Positions 48,858 through 64,000 are shown, counted from the first letter of the stretch. The stretch: DNA of 64,000 bases from Dudresnaya verticillata (GCA_977862235.1 OZ374563.1:1550001-1614000), one strand, 5' to 3'. The notes: a model not told the origin generated them from the letters alone. A program made the numbers and translations.

Positions 48858-51800
48858 ATGCAAACTCGAGACAAGGTTCAAGCATAAGATGCACGTAGGG
48901 TCGAGGACAGGCCTTGCGTACTTGATACGTTTTGGTATGTCACGCCACGAGTCGCTGCTGAACATGCATATTTATGTATCGTTCGTGAGACGATAAGCGC
49001 GTGTTGTAGAATTTTGAGACCTCAGCGTTGCGGAGAAGGACTAAGATGCAAATGAGATGAGGTTCGCTAGCGTGTGCCCGATCGGTGAAATGTTGCGCTG
49101 AAGTAGACTGCTTACAATGGAACCCTTGCCCTCGTCGAGGAACTCGGCAAAGATGCATAGGCTAACTGGGTGAGGGTTGTGAGAAATGGCTGCTACTGCG
49201 ATATGAATGTTTCTGCGAATGTCAGGCCGTCAGTGCATTTAGCCCTCAAGAAGTTTGTGACGTGGCTGTCAGAATGCGTGTACAGCACCGCCATATGGTA
49301 GACGAAGTTAACCGATGTTAACCGATGTTAACTCTAGGAGAGATCATTTCATATTGACTGCCTATGAGGAGCAATTGTACTTGACATATTTTTTGACTTG
49401 GTTTTTTGCAAATGTTGTAGTTTGTATCGGCTACGAAAGTGGATCCTACGAATGGATTGATGAAGAGTGGATATAACACATCCGAAAACATTGCTGCAAA
49501 AGGGTTTCTGTATGTCAGGGGCATTGGAGATGTTGTGATGCTATGGTAGTTGTTTGGTGATACTGTACAAGACGTAAAGCAAAATGCCATAGGAATCTGT
49601 CTCTCGGGCGGAAAGGGCGCGACCCTCAAACGAAAAGTACATCCTGTAGCAGCACTTAAAGAAGCGGTCGGCAACAAGGTCTCCAGGACTGGGATTCGAG
49701 ATTGATATAAGGATGGGCGGGGCCACTACGGTTGTGAGATGAAGATGCGGCAAGCGGAACGTCGCGAAGCTCGCGGGGTGACTTTAATGTTAATTGCTCA
49801 TCTGTCAAGCAACAGATGAGGCCGTTTTTCAGTGGTTGCGGTGAGGCTGTGGGGCCACGGCGTCACGGGGTTGCATCAGGCTTTGAATGGTGCGGCTATT
49901 TTCGGACAAACAAGGTTCGCATCGGGCTTTAAGATGGCATTGAGAGGTGTTGATCAGACTATCGACAGGTGTCCGTAATAATGGCCAAGGCAGGTGGTGA
50001 TCTCGCTGACGATACTCGACTACGACCGGGTCAAGAAGGATGAGATGTCTGGGCCCCTCCAGTTGCTAGGAAAGCTTTAGTGTGACAGTAAAGCAGGCTA
50101 CTTGGAATGCTGCTCTGCCGCAAGCGGCGACTTGTCGAGGGGTTTGTGCGTTGGCAGTAAGGCCGCAGACTCCGGGGTCGGCCGTGGGGCAACTGCACAA
50201 CTGATTAGAATTCAGAACTCTTCTATCTTGGTTGTACAATGCGTAACCGTACGATACCAGGAGTTGATTGCTATTGTTATTGTACATGTTGTTTGTTTCT
50301 GGAGGACCTAAACGTTGTGGATCTGAGGGGCTTTTCGGTTTTAAACTAGGTACATCGCAGTGCATGACAGAGAAAAGGGCCAAAACCCAAAACTAATTAC
50401 AAGTTGTTCGCGTAGCGCATGCTCAGTAATTATTTATTAGGCACGGAGTTGAGGCCAGGGCTGTGTGACACGTGTCATAACGGGGACGCCGAAATGGCAC
50501 AATACTGTGGAGTTGACACTCGGGCTTGAGAATATATATTGTAACGCATTACGCGTAGCTGTCTGATTGGCGCAAAGGTGGGATTAAAGGATAGCATGAA
50601 GCAATGGCATATGAATAAAAGAATCAGAGGCTGAAGGCTGCCGCAGAAAGATGGGAAGAAGTGCATAATGTGCCGGGGTAGAGATTCGAAGAATGAGCAT
50701 GAAGCTTGTTCGGTTATTGTTGAAATGACTGGGCAACGGACAGGTAGAAAGTCAAGGTTGAGGAGTGATTACGTAGTACGTAGTGCGTGGGAAGAATTGA
50801 TGGAATTCAATTGGAAATTGGTGTGGCTTGCAATTTCGTTGACCATGGCCAGCCCGTTGAAGGTGAATTAATGCGAAGTAGAAGGAAGCGCTGAGGTGGA
50901 AGGTCGCGCGGTTGTCATTTGACACAGTTCACAGTATCATACTTTAAGTGTAGAGTTTCGAGTGGTGTTTTGCAGAGAGTGTGAGCGCTCTAGAGATGTC
51001 GAGAGATGTTTGCGATTTATTAAGGGTTGTAGATATAGGTTTAAACCCGGTGGAAAGGATGGGGTTGACGCGAGTTTCGGTGATGCCTGGGAATGGGCAA
51101 AAAGTATTTTTTTCAAGTTGGTAAAAGTTGTAAGCAAAAGTGTATAATGGAGGACAGGTTTCGCGGTTTTTGTGCCGGCAAGAAGGTAGCAATAATTGAC
51201 TGCAGCAGGAAGAGAAGAGTGGCTGCTTGCAGAGAATAATGCCGCGCAAAGTGCCAAGGAGGAACAGTAGCGGTGGACAGTAAATAAAGTCCCGTAAATA
51301 CTGTACTGTACAGAATACAGTAGAGCGAGCAGCGCGCGGTGTGGCTCTTGAGGGTGCACACCGTCAGTCACCGTCACTCTCTGTCACTCACACGCATTCG
51401 GATATGGGGCGCTGACGTGGCCCGAGTGCGCAGAGTGACGAGTGTCCGCAACGACCGCCGAACGGCACGACGAAGCGAAAACAACGCAATCTCGCCCCGA
51501 TCTGTCCGCGGAGTCTGCTCTCTGGAGAGGCTGTTGTCGGCGCTGAGTTAGCTGCGCTGCTGCCGCCATCCGCGCGCCGTCGCGGCTCTCCTGTCCGCCA
51601 TCCTTGCGCGAGTCCCGGCCGGCGCCGCTGCCGGTATCGCCGCCCGCCGTACCAGTCCCAGAGGCCGCTCCCGCATCCGCTGCCCCGCCTCTGTTGCAGC
51701 CTCCCCTTGCCGCGACCGGTCCGACCGCGCGCGTCGCGCGCCGCGCCGCGCCCCGTTCGTCATTACGGCATCAAAGCGGCAGCGCCGGCCGCCCAGCCGC

Positions 51801-52342
51801 GTCAGCGGCTGCGGCAGCCCGCGCGTGCGCAAGGCTGGCTTTTGTGATGACGGGCGCGCGGCGCGTACTGCGTCTTATATATCAGCGGCACACGCAAGCT
51901 ACCGCCGCGTGCGGCCGCCGCCGCCACGGCGCGCGCGGCTCTCGGGCCATGCGCTAATATCTCGCGCAACGCAACGTCACGCGTGCCGTAATCACACGGC
52001 GGCCCTTCGGCAGTGCCGCCCCCGCGCACCGTCGCCACCGCCGCCGCCGCCGCCGCCGCCGCCGTCCCGCTGAGAGAGAGTGCACGCACCGCGCCGCATC
52101 CTGTCCTACCCCGCGCCCCGTACCGCACATGCTCAACCGCTTTGTACTGTCCACATACCGTACCCCGTCGATTAACATCTCCGGCTCAGCGCCGAAATGC
52201 GAAGCATCCTCCACATAACATGCTACCCCAATAACCCACCACTCCAACCGGCCCCATCCCCGTTACTCTCACACCCGTCCCGCCTCCTCTGCATTTAGAC
52301 AGTCAGTCCGCCGTCACCCCGCATCTTCCCTCCCCCTGTCCT

Positions 52343-52343
<1 letters not shown>

Positions 52344-52373
<30 letters not shown>
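52344..52373. repeat. Poly-C tract (~30 nt)
   Basis: Homopolymer ending 14 nt upstream of the permease ATG. Confidence 0.9.
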
Positions 52374-52387
52374 AGCACACCCACGCC

Positions 52388-54202
52388 ATGGCCGACCCCA
52401 CCGCCGAAGCCACTGTCGCTTCGGCTGCCGTGCTGGCCGACTCGTCCTCGTCCACCCCGTCCGCTCCGCCCCCGGTCCCATCCCCGTCCGAGCCCGGTCC
52501 GTCCCGTATGGCCGAGCTGCGCACCCGCCTATCCTCTGCCGACGGCTGGGTCGGCTCGTACGACTATGCCTCGCTGTGTATGCCGCGCCTCCCGTGCCTG
52601 CCCTCCAAAGCCCGCCCCATCTTCTTCGGCCTTCATGAGCGCATCCCCATCCTCCTCGCCATGCTCATGGGCTTCCAGCACGCCCTCGCCATGGTTGGCG
52701 GCATCATCGCTGTCCCGCGTATTCTCGCCGGTGCCGGCCCGGCGAACCTGCAGCTCGAACCTGACATCCAGGCCTACCTCATCTCCACCGCCCTGGTCGT
52801 GTCCGGGCTCATGTCCGTCATCCAGATTGTTCGCATTCGCTTGGTGAAGGGCTATTACATCGGCACGGGTCTCATCTCAATGTCTGGTATCTCCTTCACC
52901 TTTCTCCCAGTCGCCCAGGCTACATTCGCCTCACTGCGTACAGATGGCTTCTGCCCGCCAGAAGGCCCGTGCCCGGATGCCTATGGCAGGTGGCTGGGTA
53001 CCATTATGGTCGGAGCCTTTCTGGAGATTTTCCTGTCCTTCATTCCCCCAAAGGCTCTTCGCAAGATCTTCCCACCGATTGTCACAGGCACCACTGTCCT
53101 CCTCATCGGTGCCTCCCTCATCCCAGTTGGTTTGAGCCAGTGGGGCGGTGGCGCAGGCCCGTGTCGCAACGTACGCGACATTGAAAACCTCGGTGGCGTC
53201 GTCCCGGGCTTTCTCGGCATCTTCGCCGAGTGCCCAAACATTTTTGGCCCGGGGGACCGCCACTACCCATGGGGCGCCCCACAGTGGATCGGTCTCGGCT
53301 TCTTCGTATTCTCCACCATCATTATTATTGAGATCTTTGGCTCTCCTTTCATGCGCAACACGCAAGTTGTCATTGGCCTCATCGCCGGGGTCATTCTGTC
53401 GGCTGCCCTTGGCTACTTGGACACCAATATCATCGACGCTGCCCCAGCCATCACATTCCCTCTTGTAGAGCGTTTCAAGCTCGGGTTCTACGCACCTGCT
53501 TTGATTCCAGTATTGATCGGGTACGCCGTGTCGACGGTTGAGACGCTGGGCGATATCGCAGCGTCGTCTGAGGCGTCGCGAGTAGCTACTGAGGGCGAAG
53601 AATTTGAGTCTAGAGTGCAGGGCGGGTTGCTCGCTGATGGGCTCAACTCTCTAATTGCTGGTTTGCTTACGTCATCTCCGACGACTACTTTCTCCCAAAA
53701 CAATGGAGTTATTGTTATGACTCGCTGCGCCAACAAGAGCGCTGGACTGTGGGCGGCGGTTTGGCTGGTGACATTTGGTGTACTAGGAAAGCTGGGCGGT
53801 GTTTTCGTGGCTCTGCCGGACGCAGCTCTCGGTGGAATGACAGTATTTCTGTTTGCCAACGTGGCAGTTTCGGGGATCCGGATTCTTGCCAAGCTGGGGT
53901 GGGACCGGCGCGACCGTTTCATTCTGGCGGTAGCGCTGAGCTTGGGACTGGGCGTGGTGGTGCGGCCGTCGACGTTTTCGTTCTTCATTCCGCTGACGGG
54001 CAACAGCTTTGCTGCGGCGCTGCGCCAGGGGGCGGTGATTATCCTTTCGACGGGCTACTCGATCGGGGCACTGGTTGCTGCGATGCTCAACCTGCTGCTG
54101 CCGCAGGAGCACGAGGCGCTTACGACGGACGAGCACATGGCTGAGCGAAAGGCCAAGGCGATGGAGCTTGGGGAGGCCGCGGTTGGCGAGAAGGACGCGT
54201 GA
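52388..54202 (+). CDS. NCS2/NAT family uric acid-xanthine permease (UapA-like)
   Basis: GFQHALAM in TM1, ETLGD, NAT signature SQNNGVIVMTR, many TM segments. Intronless. Confidence 0.93.
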   Translation: MADPTAEATVASAAVLADSSSSTPSAPPPVPSPSEPGPSRMAELRTRLSSADGWVGSYDYASLCMPRLPCLPSKARPIFFGLHERIPILLAMLMGFQHALAMVGGIIAVPRILAGAGPANLQLEPDIQAYLISTALVVSGLMSVIQIVRIRLVKGYYIGTGLISMSGISFTFLPVAQATFASLRTDGFCPPEGPCPDAYGRWLGTIMVGAFLEIFLSFIPPKALRKIFPPIVTGTTVLLIGASLIPVGLSQWGGGAGPCRNVRDIENLGGVVPGFLGIFAECPNIFGPGDRHYPWGAPQWIGLGFFVFSTIIIIEIFGSPFMRNTQVVIGLIAGVILSAALGYLDTNIIDAAPAITFPLVERFKLGFYAPALIPVLIGYAVSTVETLGDIAASSEASRVATEGEEFESRVQGGLLADGLNSLIAGLLTSSPTTTFSQNNGVIVMTRCANKSAGLWAAVWLVTFGVLGKLGGVFVALPDAALGGMTVFLFANVAVSGIRILAKLGWDRRDRFILAVALSLGLGVVVRPSTFSFFIPLTGNSFAAALRQGAVIILSTGYSIGALVAAMLNLLLPQEHEALTTDEHMAERKAKAMELGEAAVGEKDA

Positions 54203-54771
54203 GTGTTGAGAGCTGTGCATGGCGCGGGCTAGCGTCCCGACAGAAGCGCAACGAAGGCGTGTGCTTGTCGTGCCTCTTTTTTGTACAGTATGTACAGTAT
54301 TTTTTTATTTTTTCGTGGACAACATTGCGCCACTGGACGTGTTGTGTTGTCCTGTGCTGTTGCGCTCTGCAGTTGCCGTGGAACGAGAATATTGCAAAAT
54401 GGATCTACAGAAAAGCTATGATGGCCCGGACCGCATTGCTGCCGTTGACGGAGTCCTTGTTGGCGTGACTCAGCTCTACCCTTTGCTCTTCTTGGTCGAA
54501 GCCAGACGTGCCATGGAAGGGTACGGTGACTGACGAGGCAGCAAGCTTGGATGCGTAAAACATGCTCTGGTGCGGCAAGCCGGTTCAAACCATACTTGAC
54601 CCTTCTCGCTGCGTTGCAACTCAGCGAGTGAGGCCGATGCCAGTTCTTTTGGGACACTTTGTTACTACAGTACTGTATACAGCAAGCCTCTGCGCTACCC
54701 TGACACTGTACCTTCTCTCGCAGATGCGACTGAGCGTCGTCAAAGCGCCCTTCTAGCAATCCTATCGTAAC

Positions 54772-56706
54772 ATGCCTCCTGGCATTCTGTTCTATGCCCT
54801 CCTTCTGCTTTATCACACAACCACGCTCGCTGTCGACCGCCAACTGGAGGGCGTCCGACTGCGCTGCTGCACTCTGATCCAGACTCCGATAATCGTCCGT
54901 AGCTCCGCGCATCAGTTAAGCTGCGCATTCCGAAACGCTTCGCAACTGAACCCCTCGCGCACGTTATCTTCTCGGCGATGCTCACCACCACCGTCCCACC
55001 ATTCTTCTGCAGCACGGCTTCGATGGCCTTGCCATGCAATACCTGTCAGCCCTGGAGCAAAACCTGGGCTTCCGTTGCACCTCCCTCAACGTCCACTCGG
55101 TCTCTAGTGCCAACGCCACAGGCTTCTCCGCCTTCGTCCGCTACATGGAGTCGTGCACTGAGAACGGTGCCATGAAGCCTTCCGAACGGTGCGTTTGCGA
55201 CCTCGGCGTAGGTGGCTTTCGACTACTCGACGATCGATTCGGACGTGTTGACTTCTTGCCGTCGTACGCGAGTGGTGTACTTCGCGTACTGGTCCATACT
55301 GATAACACCCAAACCTCCTCTGGAGGCGCGTTCTTTCTCACAACGTTCTCCCCCTCTGTATGGCTCTCTATCTTTGCGCTCATCTGCGTGTTCACATTTC
55401 TCAAGCTCCTTGACCCATTCTTTTCACCGGCGGAACGCCAGCGCAGGGAACTGACTGCAAATGCGTCCTGGCATGCCCGTCTGCGCAGGTTCTTAGTCAA
55501 GAATCGCATTCTGCGCAGGACAAGAAAGAGCACCCAGAGTACATGTACGTACAACACAACGTTTATGAAAAGTCCCAAAATACAGGATAGCATATGCACA
55601 TCTTCTGACAGTCTCGCGAACATGATTTGAGTACTGTGGCGCTGCTGTGGCGATTGACACGGGTTTGTAGTGAGTCACCTTGTAGGACAGCCGTCGACGT
55701 ACATTGATGGGGAGTACAGAACAACTCGACAATGGCTGCTCAACTTTGTTATTGTGCTTTGTGGGCTATTCCTGATGTTAGCTTACGAGGCTGTGATGAC
55801 GTAAGCATCCCGTCCCAATACGTTATCAACCTTAGGAGGGATGGCATTGACTAATCGAAGAGTTTATTGAACCTGTTTACCCCCATTTTCTGATTCGTTG
55901 CGGATGAGTTAATATGCAGTGCATCGCTTGTTCAAGAAGTGAGGTCTTCGATGTATCGAGGAATCGAGGACCTTCGAACGTGCAGAATTGATCCGAAAGA
56001 GTTCTGCATCCCCAAGGGAGGGGCGATAGACGAGTTCTGGAGCAACTCGATCGCGTCAAACAGGTACGTGACAACCGCGAGAAGCACTGCATGCAATACG
56101 CGACGTTGGGACAGAATTTGACACCATAACCCGACTCGGGGCTGCAGATCATGCCATGTAGCGTCGCGCGGCCCGAGGAGGTATGCAAGCTACAACGAAG
56201 GGGTGCAGCTGGCGGCGTCCAAGAAAGGCTGCTCGTATGTGCTCGCGCTCGGAGCAGCTGTGCTGGACGCGGTGAACGGGCGGTACTGCGGAACGTTGGT
56301 GACGACCGGGGAGCCTTTGTTTGAGGGCGTGTTATCGTTCATCCTGCCGCGCGGGTCGAATCTGACCTCGGCCATGTCGCGAGCGACGCTACAGCTCAAG
56401 GAGAGCGGGGTGGTACAGTCCGTGGACGCGTTCGTCGCCAAGAAGTACGACGGCGGGTGCGCGGGCGCGGGCGCACAGGCGCCGCAGCTGACGCTGACCA
56501 AGCTGAGTTGGTTTTTCGGGCTAGCCTTCGGGGTGTGCTTTGCTTTGCTGGTGGAGATGGTTGTGGACCGCAGACGCGACGTTGAGAACGCGTGCAACCA
56601 GGCCGCGGGGCCGAGTGCCGGGGGCGCGCCGGGGGGCGAGGAGCTGGCGGAGCGGGAGGCGCGGAAGAGCGGGTCGGAGAATGGCTGTTCGAGCGGAGCG
56701 GCGTGA
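54772..56706 (+). CDS. Ionotropic glutamate receptor-like channel lacking the N-terminal domain (5 exons, 495 aa)
   Basis: Predicted exons 54772-54894, 55013-55544, 55671-55800, 55920-56063 and 56148-56706 (GT-AG, frame-preserving, 1488 nt). Signal peptide, S1 (DLGVGG..RFGRVDF..Y), M1 (FSPSVWLSI), pore LVGQ, M3 AYEAVMTASL, S2, M4. Confidence 0.75.
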
Positions 56707-60113
<3,407 letters not shown>

Positions 60114-60569
60114 GCCAGTATGCCACTGATATGGCGGCGTTTTCCAACGTCAGCGGTATGATTTTTTGATACTTGTGAAGGGACCTGTGAAGTCCTGCGC
60201 GCAATGCCCCTCGTTTTTGTCTTTGTCTCGCGAAGGTTTGTATAGCGAAGCTGTAGGTAGTCAACTTTCCTTCCGCTTCCATTATGGGTGTTATTGATCA
60301 CGGCTTGAACAATTGACTGGAAGCATGTAAAACATAACATACTGTGCGCTGAACAATGAGCTGAGTTTGATTTCTGATGCAGAATAGATCTATTTAATGC
60401 GCAGCCATCCTTGGGCAGTTAGTGCAAAGATAGAGTCTTGGGAACGTGCAAGACTCCTCGAGCAATTTTTTGTTCGCAAGGTTTCGTCAGTAATGCGTGG
60501 CGCTTTGTGTTCGGTGTTGCCGCCATGGATGCCATTAGGACTCCTTTGAGCTTCACGAATATTGTGGCG

Positions 60570-61799
60570 TTATCTTCGAACGCGTCGACCAAGACTTGAT
60601 CGAATTGGCATGGGTGGTCTATTGAACAGTTTGCTCTTCCGTCCGGATATTTCCAAGGCTACCTCGGAAGAGAGACTTGTTCTGGACGGAGGAATACTGC
60701 TCAGTGCCGATTTCGTGCTACGAGGTGACGCGCCTGGCGTCCGGACGCCAGCAGTTGGTGATGAATTCTCTGATTCCGATGAGTCGCTGAAATCCCAGCC
60801 AAGACCCTTGGACACTAGCTCAGCAATGCCTGAACCTTGTGGCCCTGCAACCTTTCGTACTTGCCGCAATACTTGCTCTTGAGCATCGTCCCGTGAACCT
60901 AAGGGTGGGAGAGAAGCTATAGCTTCAGCAAATCCTGGAGGGACAGAACTGAGTCTGGCAAACAATGGGTGCTGGAGCAGTTGGGAAGCCGATAGCCTCT
61001 CTTTTGGATCCTTCCGTAGACATTTTGAAACAAAATCCTTGTACGAAGACGAGAATCGCTGCGCTGCCTCCTCTGACAACGAAGGCGGTGGCCCCTCAAG
61101 GACGAGCAGAAAGATTCTTATCGGTGGAGATCCAAAATATGGTGCCAGACCTTGCGCAAGTTCAAGAGCTGTGATTCCCAAGGACCAGATGTCAACTTTG
61201 CAATCATAGCCTCTTACCTGCTCCATGACTTCAGGGGCCATCCAACACGGAGTCCCGAAGAAGGTTTCTCTCTCGTCGCGGCCGTCGTTGTCGTCCATCC
61301 ACTCCATCATGCCGTAGTCGCCGAGTAGAACTGTGCCGGTGGAGTCAAGCATCAGGTTTGCCGCTTTAACGTCGCGATGGATGTGTCCTGTGGAATGGAA
61401 GTATTCTAGTGCCTTCAGCACGCACCACAAGACGTATACGGCAAACTCTTCTGAAAGCCCATCACAATAAGTGCAATCCATCAGAGACCGCACTGAACCT
61501 CCTATCAATAGAGGCATTATAATCCAAAGGTTAGCTTGCTCCACGAATGCCGTAGAGAGCGGAACAACATTTGTGTGTGAAGAGCGACTCATGACCTGAA
61601 TTTCGCGGCCGATTTCTTCAAAAGAACGGTTGAACCATTCAAGGTCGACAACCTTTATTGCAACCTCTTCATCCATAGAGCCGCACCAAGCACGATATAC
61701 GCTCGCGCATGTGCCTTGACCAATAAGTTCTCGTAGCTCGTACTCCGATGCCGACTTCGGGAACCGACGAGCCTGTGAAGCTGGAGGGTTGTCCGACAT
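60570..61799 (-). CDS. STE20-family kinase, OSR1/SPAK/Fray-like
   Basis: IGQG, VAIK, HRDVKAAN, DYG, GTPCWMAPEVMEQVRGYD, DIWSLGITALELA. Confidence 0.9.
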   Translation of the reverse strand: MSDNPPASQARRFPKSASEYELRELIGQGTCASVYRAWCGSMDEEVAIKVVDLEWFNRSFEEIGREIQVMSRSSHTNVVPLSTAFVEQANLWIIMPLLIGGSVRSLMDCTYCDGLSEEFAVYVLWCVLKALEYFHSTGHIHRDVKAANLMLDSTGTVLLGDYGMMEWMDDNDGRDERETFFGTPCWMAPEVMEQVRGYDCKVDIWSLGITALELAQGLAPYFGSPPIRIFLLVLEGPPPSLSEEAAQRFSSSYKDFVSKCLRKDPKERLSASQLLQHPLFARLSSVPPGFAEAIASLPPLGSRDDAQEQVLRQVRKVAGPQGSGIAELVSKGLGWDFSDSSESENSSPTAGVRTPGASPRSTKSALSSIPPSRTSLSSEVALEISGRKSKLFNRPPMPIRSSLGRRVRR

Positions 61800-62269
61800 G
61801 TTGCAGGAGCAAGAGTACGAAACAGCACCTCAGCCAGCTAGGGTTCCTTTAACGAAGCGTATAAGTTCGTGACGATGTACTTCTTCGTGGTGGAGCATTT
61901 AATGCGAAGGAATGCCTTGGTCTTTGGGAAAGCTTAAACCGTTGCAAGCGTCAACCAACCTTCTCGTTGTCTTGTCAGCAATGTGCCCGAGTGCACATAA
62001 ATTCTACTCGGCAATTTTTGCTCCACTGCCCGTTGTGCTTGTCTCCAGCGAAGTGACCCCTTATTTCAGGGCCTCATAGACGCGCCAGTACTACAAGGCC
62101 TCGAAGCGCAGGCAGAGGGATTCTGCAGCGCTGAGTTTTCGGGCCGCCCGATTGTCAGAAACTGACCTGTGCAAAGCGATAGCAGTGGGCAGGCAGCGAA
62201 CATACGAGAACAGGAGCCAACTTCGAGAAGATCTTCATGTCCGTTTGCTTTCGGGTGTAGGTGAACGAA

Positions 62270-62620
62270 ATGGTACTTGGGTTGATACGGCTGGCGCGCC
62301 AGTCTTTGTCCGGACGAGTTGTAACTGCAACATCTAGGCGTTGGAACACGATAAGCACGGCACAGGGGAAGGACGGGGAGTCCAAGGAAACTGCACGGGG
62401 AGAGTCTGCACAAGAAACCAATGGTGAAATTACTTCCGAGAGCGAGGGCGTTGCACCATCGGAGCAGAAGGATACGACGGAGGAGGAGGACAGCGGGGTT
62501 GAAATGGTTGAGATGTGGAATAAGGATGCTCCATCTGGTCCAGAGTGGAACGGCCCTCGCGGATATGAGCCGACTCGATATGGGGACTGGGCTCGGAACG
62601 GACGCGTAAGCGACTTTTGA
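62270..62620 (+). CDS. SDHAF4: Succinate dehydrogenase assembly factor 4 (Sdh8/DUF1674)
   Basis: C-terminal GPRGYEPTRYGDWARNGRVSDF and an Arg-rich mitochondrial-type presequence. Confidence 0.9.
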   Translation: MVLGLIRLARQSLSGRVVTATSRRWNTISTAQGKDGESKETARGESAQETNGEITSESEGVAPSEQKDTTEEEDSGVEMVEMWNKDAPSGPEWNGPRGYEPTRYGDWARNGRVSDF

Positions 62621-62852
62621 ATGCCACAGAAACGGAGAGGGGTTTTATTGCGGCGCAACTGTGTTAGTCTCATCCTAGTTACAACTGATAGGTAACGTGT
62701 CTTATTCATGCAAGGGCTTGGGCGTCAAGTACCTCGGTGCGAGAAAAATGGAAGCAGTATGGCCTCCACAATGCAACAACTCTCTTTTTTTCCGCTTCAG
62801 TAAAGAGGACTGCTTCTGACGTCGTTCGCGTTCATCAGCTTTACTTCGCAGC

Positions 62853-64000
62853 TCAGTTTGGTACAGATCCATCGTCTTCCTTCTTGCGTAGCTTGATCAA
62901 GTCATCAATGCGAATAATTGTAAGAGCAGCTTCAGTGGCAAATTGGATAATCTTCTTTTTGCTCATTGCTGGCTCGATAACTCCTGAAGCAAGGTTGTCA
63001 CGGACCTTTCCCTCTTCCAGATCCAACCCAAACGAAGATAGATTAGCCTTGGCACCATCGTTCTGAGCAGCATGGTGCACGGCCTTCAGCTTGGCGACAA
63101 GATCTGTTGAGTCTTTTGCGGCGTTGATTGCCAGCGTCTTCGGAATCACCAACAAAGCCTCAGCAAATTCCGCAATGGCGAGCTGTTCCCTCGAACCAAG
63201 CATGGTAGCAAAGTTCTCCAAATGAATTGACAGTGCTGCCTCCGCTGCACCACCACCCGCAACGACCGAATTTGACTCTAAAGTGCGTTTAACGACGCAG
63301 ACCGCGTCATGGAAGGAGCGCGACATCTCATCACACATAAACTCGTTAGGACCACGCAGCAGAACTGAACAAGCAGCTGTAGACTTGCACTGCCTCATGA
63401 TGAGCACGTTGTCGTCACGGATTCTTTCCTCGTAGACCTCTTCGGCATATCCCAACAGCGAGTGGTCGAAAGACTCCTCACCAGAGAGATCCGCCATTGA
63501 TACCTGAACTGTAGCACCAGTTGCTTTGGCGATCCGGTTAATATCGCGCTGGGAAACTCTACGGACCGCAATAGCACCGGCCTCAACAAAATACTTGAGA
63601 GCGGCGTCGTCGATGCCCTTTGTCGTGAGTACGACATTTGCGCCAGCTTTGAGGACGGCATTGATTCGATCGCGAGTGATATCTAGCTCCTTTTCCTGGG
63701 CCTTGTTGAGCTCCTCTGGATCTTCAATTAGAACAGATATTCCCATCTTCATCTTGGCGCGGCGCAGATCAACATCAAGACAGGCGATCTTCGCCGGGGC
63801 GACACGGCGGGGCATGAGCTGACTGGATCGAGTTTGGTTCAAGGCATAACCAGGCAAGAGTTCGCTTTCCCGGGCACTCTTTCCCTGCGCTTTGAGGACG
63901 TGGATGGCATCAATTGGGTACTTGTACTTGCCGCTGGAGGATGGAGTCTTGACGGCCAGCACGGCATCAACGGCCATAGTGGCAAACTTTTCGCTCTCCG
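62853..64000 (-). CDS. CCT1: T-complex protein 1 alpha, 5' end outside the window
   Basis: KYPIDAIHVLKAQGKS, VVAGGGAAEAAL, LGSREQLAIAEFAEALLVIPKTLAINAAKD, FATEAALTIIRIDD. Confidence 0.95.
   Translation of the reverse strand, partial: ESEKFATMAVDAVLAVKTPSSSGKYKYPIDAIHVLKAQGKSARESELLPGYALNQTRSSQLMPRRVAPAKIACLDVDLRRAKMKMGISVLIEDPEELNKAQEKELDITRDRINAVLKAGANVVLTTKGIDDAALKYFVEAGAIAVRRVSQRDINRIAKATGATVQVSMADLSGEESFDHSLLGYAEEVYEERIRDDNVLIMRQCKSTAACSVLLRGPNEFMCDEMSRSFHDAVCVVKRTLESNSVVAGGGAAEAALSIHLENFATMLGSREQLAIAEFAEALLVIPKTLAINAAKDSTDLVAKLKAVHHAAQNDGAKANLSSFGLDLEEGKVRDNLASGVIEPAMSKKKIIQFATEAALTIIRIDDLIKLRKKEDDGSVPN

Noticed and set aside
49318..51377. Short minus-strand ORFs between the methyltransferase and the permease
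   Set aside because: No recognisable motifs or consistent exon chain. A gene cannot be excluded but is unsupported.

Overview
Eukaryotic nuclear DNA. The short introns with GTACGT/GTCCGT/GTAAGC donors, mostly intronless genes and TE content suggest a florideophyte red alga (inference). Positions ~1-43.8 kb are decayed, nested transposable elements: a CACTA/Mirage/Chapaev(CMC)-like transposase pseudogene with accessory ORFs, two ~1 kb solo-LTR-like inserts, an unclassified element with a tandem array and a large orphan ORF, and several LTR fragments. They include a four-level nest (LTR > Tc3-like DD34E transposon > chromodomain Ty3/Gypsy element > three solo LTRs) that can be resolved by target-site duplications. 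Positions ~44-64 kb are gene dense: small orphan, SRP72, family-16 methyltransferase, NCS2/UapA-like permease, 5-exon glutamate-receptor-like channel, DBP2/p68 with its conserved intron, OSR1/SPAK-like kinase, SDHAF4 and partial CCT1. Most notable: (i) the antisense accessory ORF of the Gypsy element and the orphan ORF at 16 kb align by eye as distant homologues of a protein family I do not recognise; (ii) a related LTR element carries about 28 regularly spaced copies of a short dyad motif, CGTC-N3-GACG, mostly at ~51 bp period. Together these hint at an accessory-protein plus motif-array system in these elements, which remains a hypothesis. All alignments and counts were done by eye.
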